Shown here one piece after another: positions 18,638-28,223 of a stretch of 32,000 bases of DNA. This stretch comes from Acholeplasma laidlawii PG-8A (lineage in GTDB: Bacteria > Bacillota_I > Bacilli_A > Acholeplasmatales > Acholeplasmataceae). Position 1 is the stretch's first letter, and each line of letters begins with the position of its first letter. A program made the translations under genes and the position numbers. The notes beneath the pieces were generated by a model, which saw only the letters and a list, made by a program, of their open reading frames with translations, did not search any database and had not been told where the DNA came from. The stretch covers positions 1,440,001 to 1,472,000 of the forward strand of contig NC_010163.1 in the NCBI RefSeq assembly GCF_000018785.1. Reading direction: 5' to 3'.

Positions 18638-19601
18638 TGATATTTGGGCGCTTCATGATTTCGATACCAGCACTACCAGATGTGCCTTCAAATATGACAA
18701 TCCCTTTTTTCATTAACTTTAACTTAACAAAACCTGATAAGCCTTCTTTAATCGTATGGTCCATCTTACCAAACTTAGGGGATGCTAGTGTAACAAAATC
18801 ATCAATTTTGGCTTCAACTTCTAATGTGTATTTTCTCTTTCTAAAGCTATATCTTACTTCTTTTTGTCCGATATCTTCAACTTTGATTTTAGATCCGTTG
18901 TAGGTTGCAAAACGGTAATGTTTTAAATTGTGATAAAAGTTTACGATAAATCCGTTAAATGTAATACCTAAATAAGGTATTGCAGCAACCGATAAGAAAA
19001 GTGAGGTGTCTGCCTTTTCAAAGTGGTTTGTTTGAACCCAAACATAACCTTTTGGAAATGACTTTCCATAGTCTTTCTCAATATATCCTCTACCCTCATT
19101 AAAGTCTATTGCTATGTCATTGTAATATATGGTACCAGATATGGTGTGATTCATTGATAAAATACCGTGGTAACACTCCATGAGTGGTAGGTAGGAAAAA
19201 GGTCCCATGATTGTAGGTTGTAGTAGCGATTGAGGAAGTTTTACTGGATTTGAGATTTGGTAATTTCCACGAATCACTGTATCTTCATCTTCTAGATTTA
19301 ATGTAATACCTTCTAAAGAAAATTTATTATCTTTAATGGATACTTCGAATTTATGCTTGTCTGCTTTAAAATCATTTATATCAAATCTAAAGTAATAATT
19401 ATGAACGGATTTTTCTAGTGTGTTATTCGTATATACAAATACTTGAATAAAGGCGTGTCTATCATCTATGGCAAGTGAAACGCCTGGAATGACTGCAATA
19501 CTAATATTTTGATTTGATGTGACAGATTTAAAATACCATCCTTCAAAGTAATTCTTTTTTTGTAGTCCTTGATACTTATCATCTTTAAATACATTTCTCA
19601 T
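18627..19601 (-). CDS. Tocopherol cyclase-like family protein
   Basis: KKNYFEGWYFKSVT, ECYHGILSMNHTISGTI, GYIEKDYGKSFPKGYVWVQTNHF match the family pattern known from plant VTE1-like proteins. Confidence 0.78.
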   Translation of the reverse strand: MRNVFKDDKYQGLQKKNYFEGWYFKSVTSNQNISIAVIPGVSLAIDDRHAFIQVFVYTNNTLEKSVHNYYFRFDINDFKADKHKFEVSIKDNKFSLEGITLNLEDEDTVIRGNYQISNPVKLPQSLLQPTIMGPFSYLPLMECYHGILSMNHTISGTIYYNDIAIDFNEGRGYIEKDYGKSFPKGYVWVQTNHFEKADTSLFLSVAAIPYLGITFNGFIVNFYHNLKHYRFATYNGSKIKVEDIGQKEVRYSFRKRKYTLEVEAKIDDFVTLASPKFGKMDHTIKEGLSGFVKLKLMKKGIVIFEGTSGSAGIEIMKRPNIKDR

Positions 19602-19664
19602 GTAATTTACCCTTTGTGTATAGTTTAATTTATTGTAGCATTTTTCTTATGTATTCAAATAAAA

Positions 19665-19685
19665 ATGCGCCTATTTAAGGCGCAT
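19665..19685 (-). terminator. Second hairpin terminator downstream of rpoE
   Basis: Minus strand ATGCGCC-TTAAATA-GGCGCAT-TTTTATTTG. Confidence 0.7.
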
Positions 19686-19713
19686 AATTTAAGAATTTAT
19701 TAAATAAACAAAA

Positions 19714-19729
19714 AAGAGGTTTCCCTCTT
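19714..19729 (-). terminator. Hairpin terminator at the end of rpoE
   Basis: Minus strand AAGAGG-GAAA-CCTCTT-TTTTG; overlaps the stop codon. Confidence 0.7.
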
Positions 19730-20300
19730 AGTTGTCATACATATCTTCATAGTCATCCATGATGTCGTTGTAGTCATCTTCATCATAGTCATCATCCAAG
19801 TCTAGATCAACATCATCTAAGCCTTCATCTTCATCCGTTGAAACTAAGTCTAGTCCAACGTCTACGTATGCTTTTTCTTCAATGATTTCTTCATCTAGAT
19901 CTTCTTCATCTTCGTCATCTAAGTCATCTTCGTTGTCTTCATCAACTAAGTCAACTTCTAAGTCTTCAATATCTGCTAAGTTAAAATCTGAAAAGTCAAT
20001 TTCATCATCAGAAATGTCTTCAATTTCTTCTGGAGAAATGAATGCGTAACCATCTTTATCCCAATATTCTAAATGTCCATCTTTTAGCGTCCATTTATCA
20101 TCCCCTACAAAAACAAATTTACCGGATAAAGTGATATCCATGTATAGTTGTGTCATTGCATCTACGTCTTCAATATCCATACCACTTTGTTTAGCAGTAG
20201 CTTCAATTAGATCGTAAATAGACATAGGTTCTTTGTTTTCTTTAAGAATATATGTGATGGTATCTAATAAAGATAATTCATTTAATTTTTTGTCAGCCAT
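19728..20300 (-). CDS. rpoE: RNA polymerase delta subunit
   Basis: Start reassigned to MADKKLNELSLLDTITYILKENKEPMSIYDL at 20300; HARE-HTH N-domain and long Asp/Glu-rich tail. Confidence 0.88.
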   Translation of the reverse strand: MADKKLNELSLLDTITYILKENKEPMSIYDLIEATAKQSGMDIEDVDAMTQLYMDITLSGKFVFVGDDKWTLKDGHLEYWDKDGYAFISPEEIEDISDDEIDFSDFNLADIEDLEVDLVDEDNEDDLDDEDEEDLDEEIIEEKAYVDVGLDLVSTDEDEGLDDVDLDLDDDYDEDDYNDIMDDYEDMYDN

Positions 20301-20380
20301 TTTGTGCCCTCCTAAAAACCGCTTATATTGTATATTAAACACTTCAATAATGCAACAACTTTTTGCAATTAAGATAAATT

Positions 20381-20968
20381 TTAATACTTTTGTCGGTTTT
20401 CTACAGCTTTAGTTAGTGTTAGTTGGTCTGCGTATTTTAAATCTGCGCCTACCGGTAAGCCATATCCTAATCTAGATATTGTAAGATCTAGGTCTTTATA
20501 TAGTGATTTAATGTATTGAGCGGTGAGTTCACCCTCAACATTGGAGTTCGTCGCAATGATGATTTCTTTGATATCTTTAACTCTATTGGTTAACTTATCA
20601 AAGTTTAAATCTTTGGGTTCTATACCTTTAGAAAAATCGATGAGTCCATTTAATACATGGTAGTTACCATGGAATGTTTTAGTTTTTTCAATAGCAAAAA
20701 CATCTTTAGAATCAGATACCACCATAATTTGGGTTTTATCTTTTGTTTCATCTTTACAGATAGAACATATATGGTCATCTGTTAGAAGACCGCATATATC
20801 ACAAAATGATATGTTGGTTTTTAATTCTATAAGATGTGTTCCAAAATGCTTTAAGTCTTCACTATCCCAATTGGTTAAGTGTAGCGCTAAGCGTTCTGCA
20901 GTTTTTTCGCCAATGCCTGGTAACTTTTTCAAGTCATCAATAAGTTCTAGTATAATTGTTGGATACAT
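20381..20968 (-). CDS. recR: Recombination mediator RecR
   Basis: LKKLPGIGEKTAERLALHL, CDICGLLTDDHICSIC zinc finger, Toprim LSRLGYGLPVGADLKYADQLTL. Confidence 0.94.
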   Translation of the reverse strand: MYPTIILELIDDLKKLPGIGEKTAERLALHLTNWDSEDLKHFGTHLIELKTNISFCDICGLLTDDHICSICKDETKDKTQIMVVSDSKDVFAIEKTKTFHGNYHVLNGLIDFSKGIEPKDLNFDKLTNRVKDIKEIIIATNSNVEGELTAQYIKSLYKDLDLTISRLGYGLPVGADLKYADQLTLTKAVENRQKY

Positions 20969-21258
20969 TAAAATCCTAATCCACCCATGCCACCTGAGAA
21001 TTGTCCCATGGTTTCTTCTTGAGTTTTATCAATTTGTCCAAGTGCATCATTTACAGCAAGTAAAATAGCATCTTGTAGTAATTCTACTTCTTCAAGTAAA
21101 GCTTCATCAATTTTTACATCGATAACTTGTCTAGTGCCTTGCATAATGACAGTGACACCACTTGCTTTACCTGTAAATTCAGATGATTCAATTTGCTCTT
21201 GAGCATCTTGAATTTGTTTTTGCATTTTCTTTAATTTATTTAACATATTCGGATTCAT
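20968..21258 (-). CDS. YbaB/EbfC family nucleoid-associated protein
   Basis: MLNKLKKMQKQIQDAQEQIESSEF...GKASGVTVIMQGTRQVIDVKID, between dnaX and recR as is usual. Confidence 0.92.
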   Translation of the reverse strand: MNPNMLNKLKKMQKQIQDAQEQIESSEFTGKASGVTVIMQGTRQVIDVKIDEALLEEVELLQDAILLAVNDALGQIDKTQEETMGQFSGGMGGLGF

Positions 21259-21260
21259 AT

Positions 21261-22955
21261 TTATTCCTCTACTTTCACTTTTTCTTTTCCAAAATATTCT
21301 ACAGCAAATTCCACTATTTCAGGTACTTTTTGTTCTGATTTGGTTTCATTTATTAGCGTTTCATATAAATGGAGATCTATTTCTTTAAGTTTAGGTTTTG
21401 AAGTACCTGCATTGTATTGTGCTGCATAATCAGCTTTTAAAATCATCCAGTCTGGTTTAAACAGTACTGTATAATCTCTAACTAATTTTTGTTTTTGATT
21501 TAATATTTCTAAAACCTTTTGTTTAATCTCTGGATTCAACATGGTTTTAGCAGTATATAAATCATCATATACTAGAAGCATGACATCCTCATTACCTACA
21601 GCTTCTAATGTGCCTTCACTTAAGAGTTCAGCAACAGGTTTTAGGCTTGGATTATCATAATCTTTTAATACTGGCCAACCTCTATTTAATAAACTACGTT
21701 TTTGCCTATCTGCGTGGTTTAATATATCTTCTATTTCCTTAACAGTAACTAAAGCTTTAAGATTGGTTGGTCTAGAGGCGGGTATGTTTTGTACTGGTGT
21801 TTTGACTGCTTCTTGGCTAACTTGAGCCTTATTTACAAGTTCCTTTAATTTTACGATATCACTTTCTAGATGTGTAATTTTATCTTCTAGTGAAACCATT
21901 TCAATGGATTCATGGTTAATCATCTTAATTAAAGCAAGTTCTAAGTATGCACGTTTTGAGGTTGTGAACTTTAGTTCTTGTTGTAAGTCATTTAGAATAT
22001 CTAAGTATGCATAGATTAAGTTTGGTTTGATATCTTTAAGATCTGGATATTTCTTATCTGGTCTTATTTTATCTAATAACACATCACGTAAAGCTAAGAT
22101 AATATCTGAGACCATACGTGCAATGTCTTTACCATCTTTAATAATTTGGTTTAATAGATCTAATGCCTTTTGGGGTTGTTTAAGATATATCACTTTTAAC
22201 AGTTCATTAATATATCTTCTAGATAAACCACCTGATACGGTATAGATATCTTCTTCAGTGATTTCATCATTTGTAAATGAGACCACTTGGTCAAGTAAGC
22301 TTAATGCATCACGCATACCACCTTCTGCAGTACGTGCGATTGCAGTTAAAGCTTCCGGTGTGATTTTTAAATTTTCTTTGTTGATAATTTGTTTTAAATT
22401 TTCCTCAATTTGATCCATTTCAATATTCTTGAAATCAAATCGTTGACAGCGACTTAAAATCGTTGCTGGTACTTTATGAGGTTCTGTTGTTGCTAAAATA
22501 AAGACAACATACTTCGGTGGTTCTTCGAGTGTTTTTAAGAGTGCATTAAATGCTGCTGTTGTAAGCATATGGACCTCATCGATAATATAGACTTTATATT
22601 TACCGATACTTGGTGCATATTTTACTTTATCTCTTAAATCTCTAATCTCATCTACACCATTATTGGATGCAGCATCAATTTCTATAATATCTGGTACATC
22701 ACCGCGATCAACACCTAAACACACATCACATTTGCCACAAGGCTCTTTTGCTGGTGCTTCTAAACAGTTTAGTGCTTTAGCAACGATTTTAGCAACCGAA
22801 GTTTTTCCGGTGCCACGAGGACCAGAGAAAATATAAGCATGTCCAATCTTTTCATTTAAGAGTGCATTTTGAAGGGTTTGAACAATAACTTTTTGTCCAA
22901 AAACATCTTTAAAAAACTTTGGTCTATAGGTACGATAAAGTGCTACATAACTCAT
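21261..22955 (-). CDS. dnaX: DNA polymerase III subunit gamma/tau
   Basis: YRTYRPKFFKDVFGQ, FSGPRGTGKTSVAKIVAKALNC, four-cysteine zinc module, TTEPHKVPATILSRCQRFDF. Confidence 0.95.
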   Translation of the reverse strand: MSYVALYRTYRPKFFKDVFGQKVIVQTLQNALLNEKIGHAYIFSGPRGTGKTSVAKIVAKALNCLEAPAKEPCGKCDVCLGVDRGDVPDIIEIDAASNNGVDEIRDLRDKVKYAPSIGKYKVYIIDEVHMLTTAAFNALLKTLEEPPKYVVFILATTEPHKVPATILSRCQRFDFKNIEMDQIEENLKQIINKENLKITPEALTAIARTAEGGMRDALSLLDQVVSFTNDEITEEDIYTVSGGLSRRYINELLKVIYLKQPQKALDLLNQIIKDGKDIARMVSDIILALRDVLLDKIRPDKKYPDLKDIKPNLIYAYLDILNDLQQELKFTTSKRAYLELALIKMINHESIEMVSLEDKITHLESDIVKLKELVNKAQVSQEAVKTPVQNIPASRPTNLKALVTVKEIEDILNHADRQKRSLLNRGWPVLKDYDNPSLKPVAELLSEGTLEAVGNEDVMLLVYDDLYTAKTMLNPEIKQKVLEILNQKQKLVRDYTVLFKPDWMILKADYAAQYNAGTSKPKLKEIDLHLYETLINETKSEQKVPEIVEFAVEYFGKEKVKVEE

Positions 22956-23026
22956 TTTTTAAACACCCCTTCTAATGATACTTCTTTTAGTCGCCTAATT
23001 ATATCATATATAAGTTTGAAACTTAA

Positions 23027-24373
23027 CTATTTTCCAAGACAGAATTTAGAAAATAATTCCGTCAATAAATCACCATATTGATGATTCCCTAGTATTTCAC
23101 CTAAGCGGTTCCAAGCAGTTGTAAGATCCACTGCATAGATATCCACAGGCATATCATGGTGGATAGCGTTTATAACGCTTTCTAGTGATGTTTTAGCCTC
23201 TTTTAGCTTTTGTATATGGCGGACATTAGATAAGTAATTAAAGTCCTTATCTACAAGGTTATCAAGTTTTAAAGTTTTAAGAATTTCTGACTCTAAAACA
23301 CTTAATCCTTCTTTTTCTAATGTAGATATTTGAACATTTGTATCTATTTCTAAATATGACGGTAAATCTTTTTTATTTCCAATAATAATTCTATTTTTAT
23401 GTTCAGTTAATGTTAGAAGCATCTCATCTTCTTTAGTTAGTTTTTGACTTAAGTCTAAAACCAATAAAACAAGTTCTGCTTCATGAATTGCTTTTCTACT
23501 TCGATCTACACCAATCTTTTCGATGGTATCTAGTGCATCTCTAATACCTGCAGTATCAATTAACTGTAAGGTGACACCATCAAGGTTTACAAATGCATCA
23601 ATCGTATCTCTTGTAGTACCAGCAATATCTGAGACAATGGCGCGCTCTTCATTAAGAAGTGCGTTTAATAAACTTGATTTACCTACATTAGGGCGTCCAA
23701 CGATAACCGTTTTAACACCTTCTCTAATGTACTGAGTACGTTTAGATTTGGTTAGAATATCATTAATCTCATCTAACAAATCGTTGACTCTTGGATAAAT
23801 AAGTTCTTTACTCATGATGATAGCATCATCATATTCTGGATAATCAATGTTCACTTCAATTTGTGCAATTAAAGTTAATACTTTGGATTTTAAATTATCA
23901 ATCATGGATGAAGTTGCTTTATTTAAAGCTTTATTGGCAACCTTAATCGCATTTTCGTTTGTAGCATGAATAATGTCCATAATCGCTTCTGCTTGAACAA
24001 GGTCAATTCGACCATTTAAAAATGCTCTTTTTGAAAACTCACCCGGTTGTGCAAGTTCAATACCTGTTTCTAAAATACGCTCCAATACTTTTTGAGTGAT
24101 TAATATACCACCGTGTGTAGATATTTCTACAACATCTTCTTTTGTAAAAGACTTAGGTGCGATAAAAACAGAGATCATAACTTCATCTAATATAGACCCA
24201 TCTTCATTTAAGATGTGTCCATAATGAATGGTATGACTCTTAACCTTGTTTAAGTTCTTACCCTTAAATATTTGATTTACTTTTGAAATTGCTTCATCAC
24301 CAGATACCCTAATTACAGAAATACCTGCAGTCCCTAATGGGGTTGCGATTGCAGCAATGGTTTGAAATTGCAT
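23027..24373 (-). CDS. mnmE: tRNA modification GTPase MnmE
   Basis: GRPNVGKSSLLNALL, DTAGIRD, C-terminal FCLGK. Confidence 0.96.
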   Translation of the reverse strand: MQFQTIAAIATPLGTAGISVIRVSGDEAISKVNQIFKGKNLNKVKSHTIHYGHILNEDGSILDEVMISVFIAPKSFTKEDVVEISTHGGILITQKVLERILETGIELAQPGEFSKRAFLNGRIDLVQAEAIMDIIHATNENAIKVANKALNKATSSMIDNLKSKVLTLIAQIEVNIDYPEYDDAIIMSKELIYPRVNDLLDEINDILTKSKRTQYIREGVKTVIVGRPNVGKSSLLNALLNEERAIVSDIAGTTRDTIDAFVNLDGVTLQLIDTAGIRDALDTIEKIGVDRSRKAIHEAELVLLVLDLSQKLTKEDEMLLTLTEHKNRIIIGNKKDLPSYLEIDTNVQISTLEKEGLSVLESEILKTLKLDNLVDKDFNYLSNVRHIQKLKEAKTSLESVINAIHHDMPVDIYAVDLTTAWNRLGEILGNHQYGDLLTELFSKFCLGK

Positions 24374-24389
24374 ACTTCACCTTTTAAAT

Positions 24390-24947
24390 TTATTTCTTTG
24401 TTCTATCGTCTATAATTTTGGGCGCGCTTTTCATATCTTCAATGACTGGTACAAACGGGTTTACACCACGTCTAAAGTCTCTTAGAATAATAAAACCAGC
24501 TACAAACACACCAAATGCGATACCTTCATATAAAAAGCCCATACCTAAAACGATACCAAGTAATGCACTAAACCAAATGGTTGATGCAGTTGTAATACCA
24601 TGGATAATATTATTAGAGTCCTTCATAATAACACCAGCTCCAATAAAACCAATCCCTGTAACAACTTGTGCAATCACTCTTTGTGATTGCGGTGATTCAA
24701 TACCATTGGTAATTTCTTGGAAGAATATCATACGTTGCATAATCGCAATCATGAGTGCTGATATACCTACCAATACGTGACTTGAAATACCTGCTGCTTT
24801 TCCTACGTTTTGTCTTTCTAGACCAATTAAAAATGTAATTGTTATAACTACTAATGCTGGGATAATGATCATAAATAACCATTGTTCCCACGTCAGAAAC
24901 GATTCAATCAAATTGAATCCTTCCGGTAACTCGAAAAATACATTCAT
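24390..24947 (-). CDS. MgtC/SapB family membrane protein
   Basis: GLERQNVGKAAGISSHVLVGISALM, GIGFIGAGVIMKD, GITTASTIWFSALLGI. Confidence 0.9.
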   Translation of the reverse strand: MNVFFELPEGFNLIESFLTWEQWLFMIIIPALVVITITFLIGLERQNVGKAAGISSHVLVGISALMIAIMQRMIFFQEITNGIESPQSQRVIAQVVTGIGFIGAGVIMKDSNNIIHGITTASTIWFSALLGIVLGMGFLYEGIAFGVFVAGFIILRDFRRGVNPFVPVIEDMKSAPKIIDDRTKK

Positions 24948-24973
24948 TTGTTAAAATCCCCCCTTTAGAAATT

Positions 24974-25915
24974 TTATAATATTGCGTGTACTGCCTTGAT
25001 GAAATCATCAAGTTCGTCCCAACTATTTAATGCTGCACCACTTGCTTTTGCATGTCCGCCACCATTAAATAAGTTAGCAACTTTATCAATGTCTGGTCCA
25101 CTTGAACGTAATCTTACACGTACTAAGTCACCATCTTCTATGAATATAGCCCAAACATCAAATCCTTTAATACCTGATAGCATGTTCACTACTGAACTTG
25201 CTTCTTCATATGTAAGGTTAAATTCTTGTCTAATTTTATCTGTAATCTTTAAATAAATAAATCCCTTGTCTGTCGTTACAAAGTTTTGGTAAACAAAACC
25301 TTTGAAACGTAGCATATCTAATGTTTCATTAGACATTGCACGGTCAATTTCTTCAACATCTGCACCTTTAGTTAATAACATACCAGCCATTTGGTGCGTT
25401 AATTCGGATACACCACGATATTTAAATCTACCTGTATCTGTTAAGATACCTGTATACATTGCAACCGCACCTGGTTTTGTTACTTCAAATTCTTTAACTT
25501 GTGTAGACATATATGCAATCATTTGAGCACAGGATGGGAAGTTTGTATCTACCCATTCTACATCACCATAACTATCTACTGGGATGTGGTGATCAATTTT
25601 AATAATTTCTTGACCTAACATATATTTTTGATTAGAAATTCTTAATTTGTTTGCTGTATCTACTACAATTGATAAACTATCTTGATAGAAACTATCTTCT
25701 AAATTAGATTCACCTACGATAATATCTGGTGTACCTACGAAACTTACAAAATCAGAAGTTTCACCTGTTACAAATACATCCTTTTCAGGGAATGCATTTT
25801 TAATGATGTTTTGTAACCCGAATTGCGCACCATAACAGTCACCATCTGGTCTCACATGTCCATAAATTATAATTCTTTGGTATTTTTTAATTTTCTTTAA
25901 TATTTCTTTAAACAT
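24974..25915 (-). CDS. DHH/DHHA1 phosphoesterase (NrnA-like oligoribonuclease/pAp phosphatase), copy 2
   Basis: GHVRPDGDCYGAQ, IKIDHHIPVD, FNGGGHAKASGA. Confidence 0.88.
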   Translation of the reverse strand: MFKEILKKIKKYQRIIIYGHVRPDGDCYGAQFGLQNIIKNAFPEKDVFVTGETSDFVSFVGTPDIIVGESNLEDSFYQDSLSIVVDTANKLRISNQKYMLGQEIIKIDHHIPVDSYGDVEWVDTNFPSCAQMIAYMSTQVKEFEVTKPGAVAMYTGILTDTGRFKYRGVSELTHQMAGMLLTKGADVEEIDRAMSNETLDMLRFKGFVYQNFVTTDKGFIYLKITDKIRQEFNLTYEEASSVVNMLSGIKGFDVWAIFIEDGDLVRVRLRSSGPDIDKVANLFNGGGHAKASGAALNSWDELDDFIKAVHAIL

Positions 25916-26852
25916 TACTTTCTACCATCCTTTCATCAAAACATTGTACGACCTCTAATGCTTGTTCCCAGCTATGAAGTGTTGCGCCACATGCATTAGC
26001 ATGACCACCACCACCAAATTTTTTAGCAATGTCTACAATTGAGACGTCTTTACTTCTAAATTCACCAATGATTTCGCCTTTTTCGTTTTCACTGAAATTT
26101 GCCCAAATACGCACTTCTTTAATACCAGCCATAATGTTTACCGTACCACGGGAAACATCTTGGAAGGTTAAACCTGATTCGCTAATTGATTTAAAATCAT
26201 TAAATCTATACGCTACATTGTGATCTGATAAACTAAAACTTCTAAACTTTTCTTTAGCCATGCGTTTTGCAAGTGTTTCAAGTTGTTGAAAATCACTTAA
26301 ACTTTGTAGATCAATATCGTATTCCATTAAGCGAGCTACGACATCAAATGTATGCTTCGCATTTTGTTTGCTGATATATTGGAAACGACCACTATCACCA
26401 ACAATACCTGCATAAATATGAGATGCAGCCATATCGTTAAATCTTAGATTACCTTTAATCGCAATCTCGCCAATCATTTGACTACATGAAATTAAATCTG
26501 GCCTATGGTAAAACAGATCAGGATTGATATTTGAGTCATTTCTATGATGATCTATATTAATAAGTGTTTTGCCTAATTTGTAACGTGTATCGGATATCAG
26601 CGCCTCTGCAGCTGTATCTAAAACAAATACGAGTGCGCCTTCATAGACTGAATCATCAATGACATCCATTGTATGTTCGTATGGGTATTGCTGTGTATCA
26701 CCTACAACATAAACCGTTTTGTCTTTAAAGTTTTCTCTGATAATTTCTTTCAAACCGAGTTGTGATCCATAAGCATCTAGATCTGGTTGTTTGTGTCTGT
26801 GAATAATAATTGTTGAGTGGTTCTGTATTTCTTTTATAATTTGATTTTCCAT
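25908..26852 (-). CDS. DHH/DHHA1 phosphoesterase (NrnA-like), copy 1
   Basis: HRHKQPDLDAYGSQ, INIDHHRNDSN, FGGGGHANACGAT; 8-nt overlap with copy 2. Confidence 0.87.
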   Translation of the reverse strand: MENQIIKEIQNHSTIIIHRHKQPDLDAYGSQLGLKEIIRENFKDKTVYVVGDTQQYPYEHTMDVIDDSVYEGALVFVLDTAAEALISDTRYKLGKTLINIDHHRNDSNINPDLFYHRPDLISCSQMIGEIAIKGNLRFNDMAASHIYAGIVGDSGRFQYISKQNAKHTFDVVARLMEYDIDLQSLSDFQQLETLAKRMAKEKFRSFSLSDHNVAYRFNDFKSISESGLTFQDVSRGTVNIMAGIKEVRIWANFSENEKGEIIGEFRSKDVSIVDIAKKFGGGGHANACGATLHSWEQALEVVQCFDERMVESNV

Positions 26853-26934
26853 ATAATCCTACCTAAATTTAGAATAGTATAGTATAACATATATTGACTA
26901 ATATTACGATATAAAAACGCTAATTTGATAATAA

Positions 26935-26971
26935 AAACCACTTAATACTACAATTTAATTTTAAGTGGTTT
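26935..26971 (-). terminator. Intrinsic terminator of the 26996..28210 gene
   Basis: Minus strand AAACCACTTA-N17-TAAGTGGTTT followed by TTATTATC. Confidence 0.65.
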
Positions 26972-26995
26972 CATTGTGTTAAAATAATGTTATTT

Positions 26996-28210
26996 TTACC
27001 AAGGTAATGGATTATGTGGTTCCCAAGTTGGGTTTGTCGTTGCTAATCCACCAGTACCATTGTTTGCTTGATAATTCCAGTCTGGAGATTTTTCTCCATC
27101 TGGATTTCCTGGATATCCATGCATAGCCCATCCTTGAGATCTTGCATATTCTTCTGCAAACTTTAAGAATGTTAGATATGGAACATCTTTGTATGTTAAA
27201 AGGGTATCATAATTGCTAAATGTAAGAGGGACATCGTCTGATAAACCTTCTTTAACAATCAAGAATTGTGATAAGTGACCATTAATCCATACTAAACCTA
27301 GATTACGTCCATTGCCCTCTTGTAGTGCATAGCCCGGAATAGATTGAACAATGATTTCTTTACTTGTTGCATCATTTAACAGATATTCTTTATTGAATTT
27401 ACTTGCAACATATCCCCATGGTGCAGCAATTACATAAGCACCATTAACTTCTGGTGTATCAATATAAAAGTATCTCATTGAACCACCAGGATAGCCATTT
27501 CCAGCACGAAATGTTGCTGTATCACCATCAGCAATACTTTGAAGTGTAACAAGTGCAGTACCACCTCCACCTACAGTTGGGTTTGTAGGATCAACATAAT
27601 CTAGATCATGATATCTTTCTTCTAGTCTTGGTCCTTCAAGTAATTGTTCTAATGTTTTAATTTGGTATAACTCATTTTTTAGATAATTAAAAGCTTCTGG
27701 TTTGTAACTAATAAATTTGTACGCTGTGTAGCTTGCATCTGGTTTAAATTCTGCAGGATTACCAAGTCTAATCATGGTTTGATTTCTTGAAAAATCTAGA
27801 TCCATTCCAATGGTACCTACTAAGTCATGTGCCTTACCAGATACTCTTAATTCGATTGCGTCATTACCGTTAAACGGTAATGGACCATCTTCATAAGTAA
27901 AATCAATTAGTGGTTTTACTGAAGATATGGTTTGTTGATTACTTCCAATAACGAAATATCCTTTGGCTGCGATTTCACCAGTTAATTTAATTTTTACAGA
28001 TACTTCTTCAGAACCATTTGAATAAAAATATAATTCATGATTGCTTAACTTAACTACTTCTTCACTTGGGTTATATAATTCAAGTAAATTATCGCTTTGA
28101 TAAGCCGTTGTATATACTTTTGAAATCACTACATCAGATGTTGCGCTATCACATGATACAAGTATGAATGCTGCAAATACTAATATAAATATACTTAATT
28201 TTTTTAACAT
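26996..28210 (-). CDS. Lipoprotein with lamin-tail-like domain and SNase-like (thermonuclease) domain
   Basis: Lipobox ILVSC; LTD-like VYTTAYQSDNLLELYNPSEEVVKLSNHELYFY; SNase-like TFRAGNGYPGGSMRYFYIDTPEV...APWGYVASKF...GRNLGLVWINGHL. Confidence 0.8.
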   Translation of the reverse strand: MLKKLSIFILVFAAFILVSCDSATSDVVISKVYTTAYQSDNLLELYNPSEEVVKLSNHELYFYSNGSEEVSVKIKLTGEIAAKGYFVIGSNQQTISSVKPLIDFTYEDGPLPFNGNDAIELRVSGKAHDLVGTIGMDLDFSRNQTMIRLGNPAEFKPDASYTAYKFISYKPEAFNYLKNELYQIKTLEQLLEGPRLEERYHDLDYVDPTNPTVGGGGTALVTLQSIADGDTATFRAGNGYPGGSMRYFYIDTPEVNGAYVIAAPWGYVASKFNKEYLLNDATSKEIIVQSIPGYALQEGNGRNLGLVWINGHLSQFLIVKEGLSDDVPLTFSNYDTLLTYKDVPYLTFLKFAEEYARSQGWAMHGYPGNPDGEKSPDWNYQANNGTGGLATTNPTWEPHNPLPW

Positions 28211-28223
28211 ATATTGCTTCCCC

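Noticed and set aside
19740-20000. Apparent low-complexity TC-rich DNA repeat (tcttcatc-type)
   Set aside because: Explained by the Asp/Glu-rich C-terminal tail of the RNA polymerase delta subunit.
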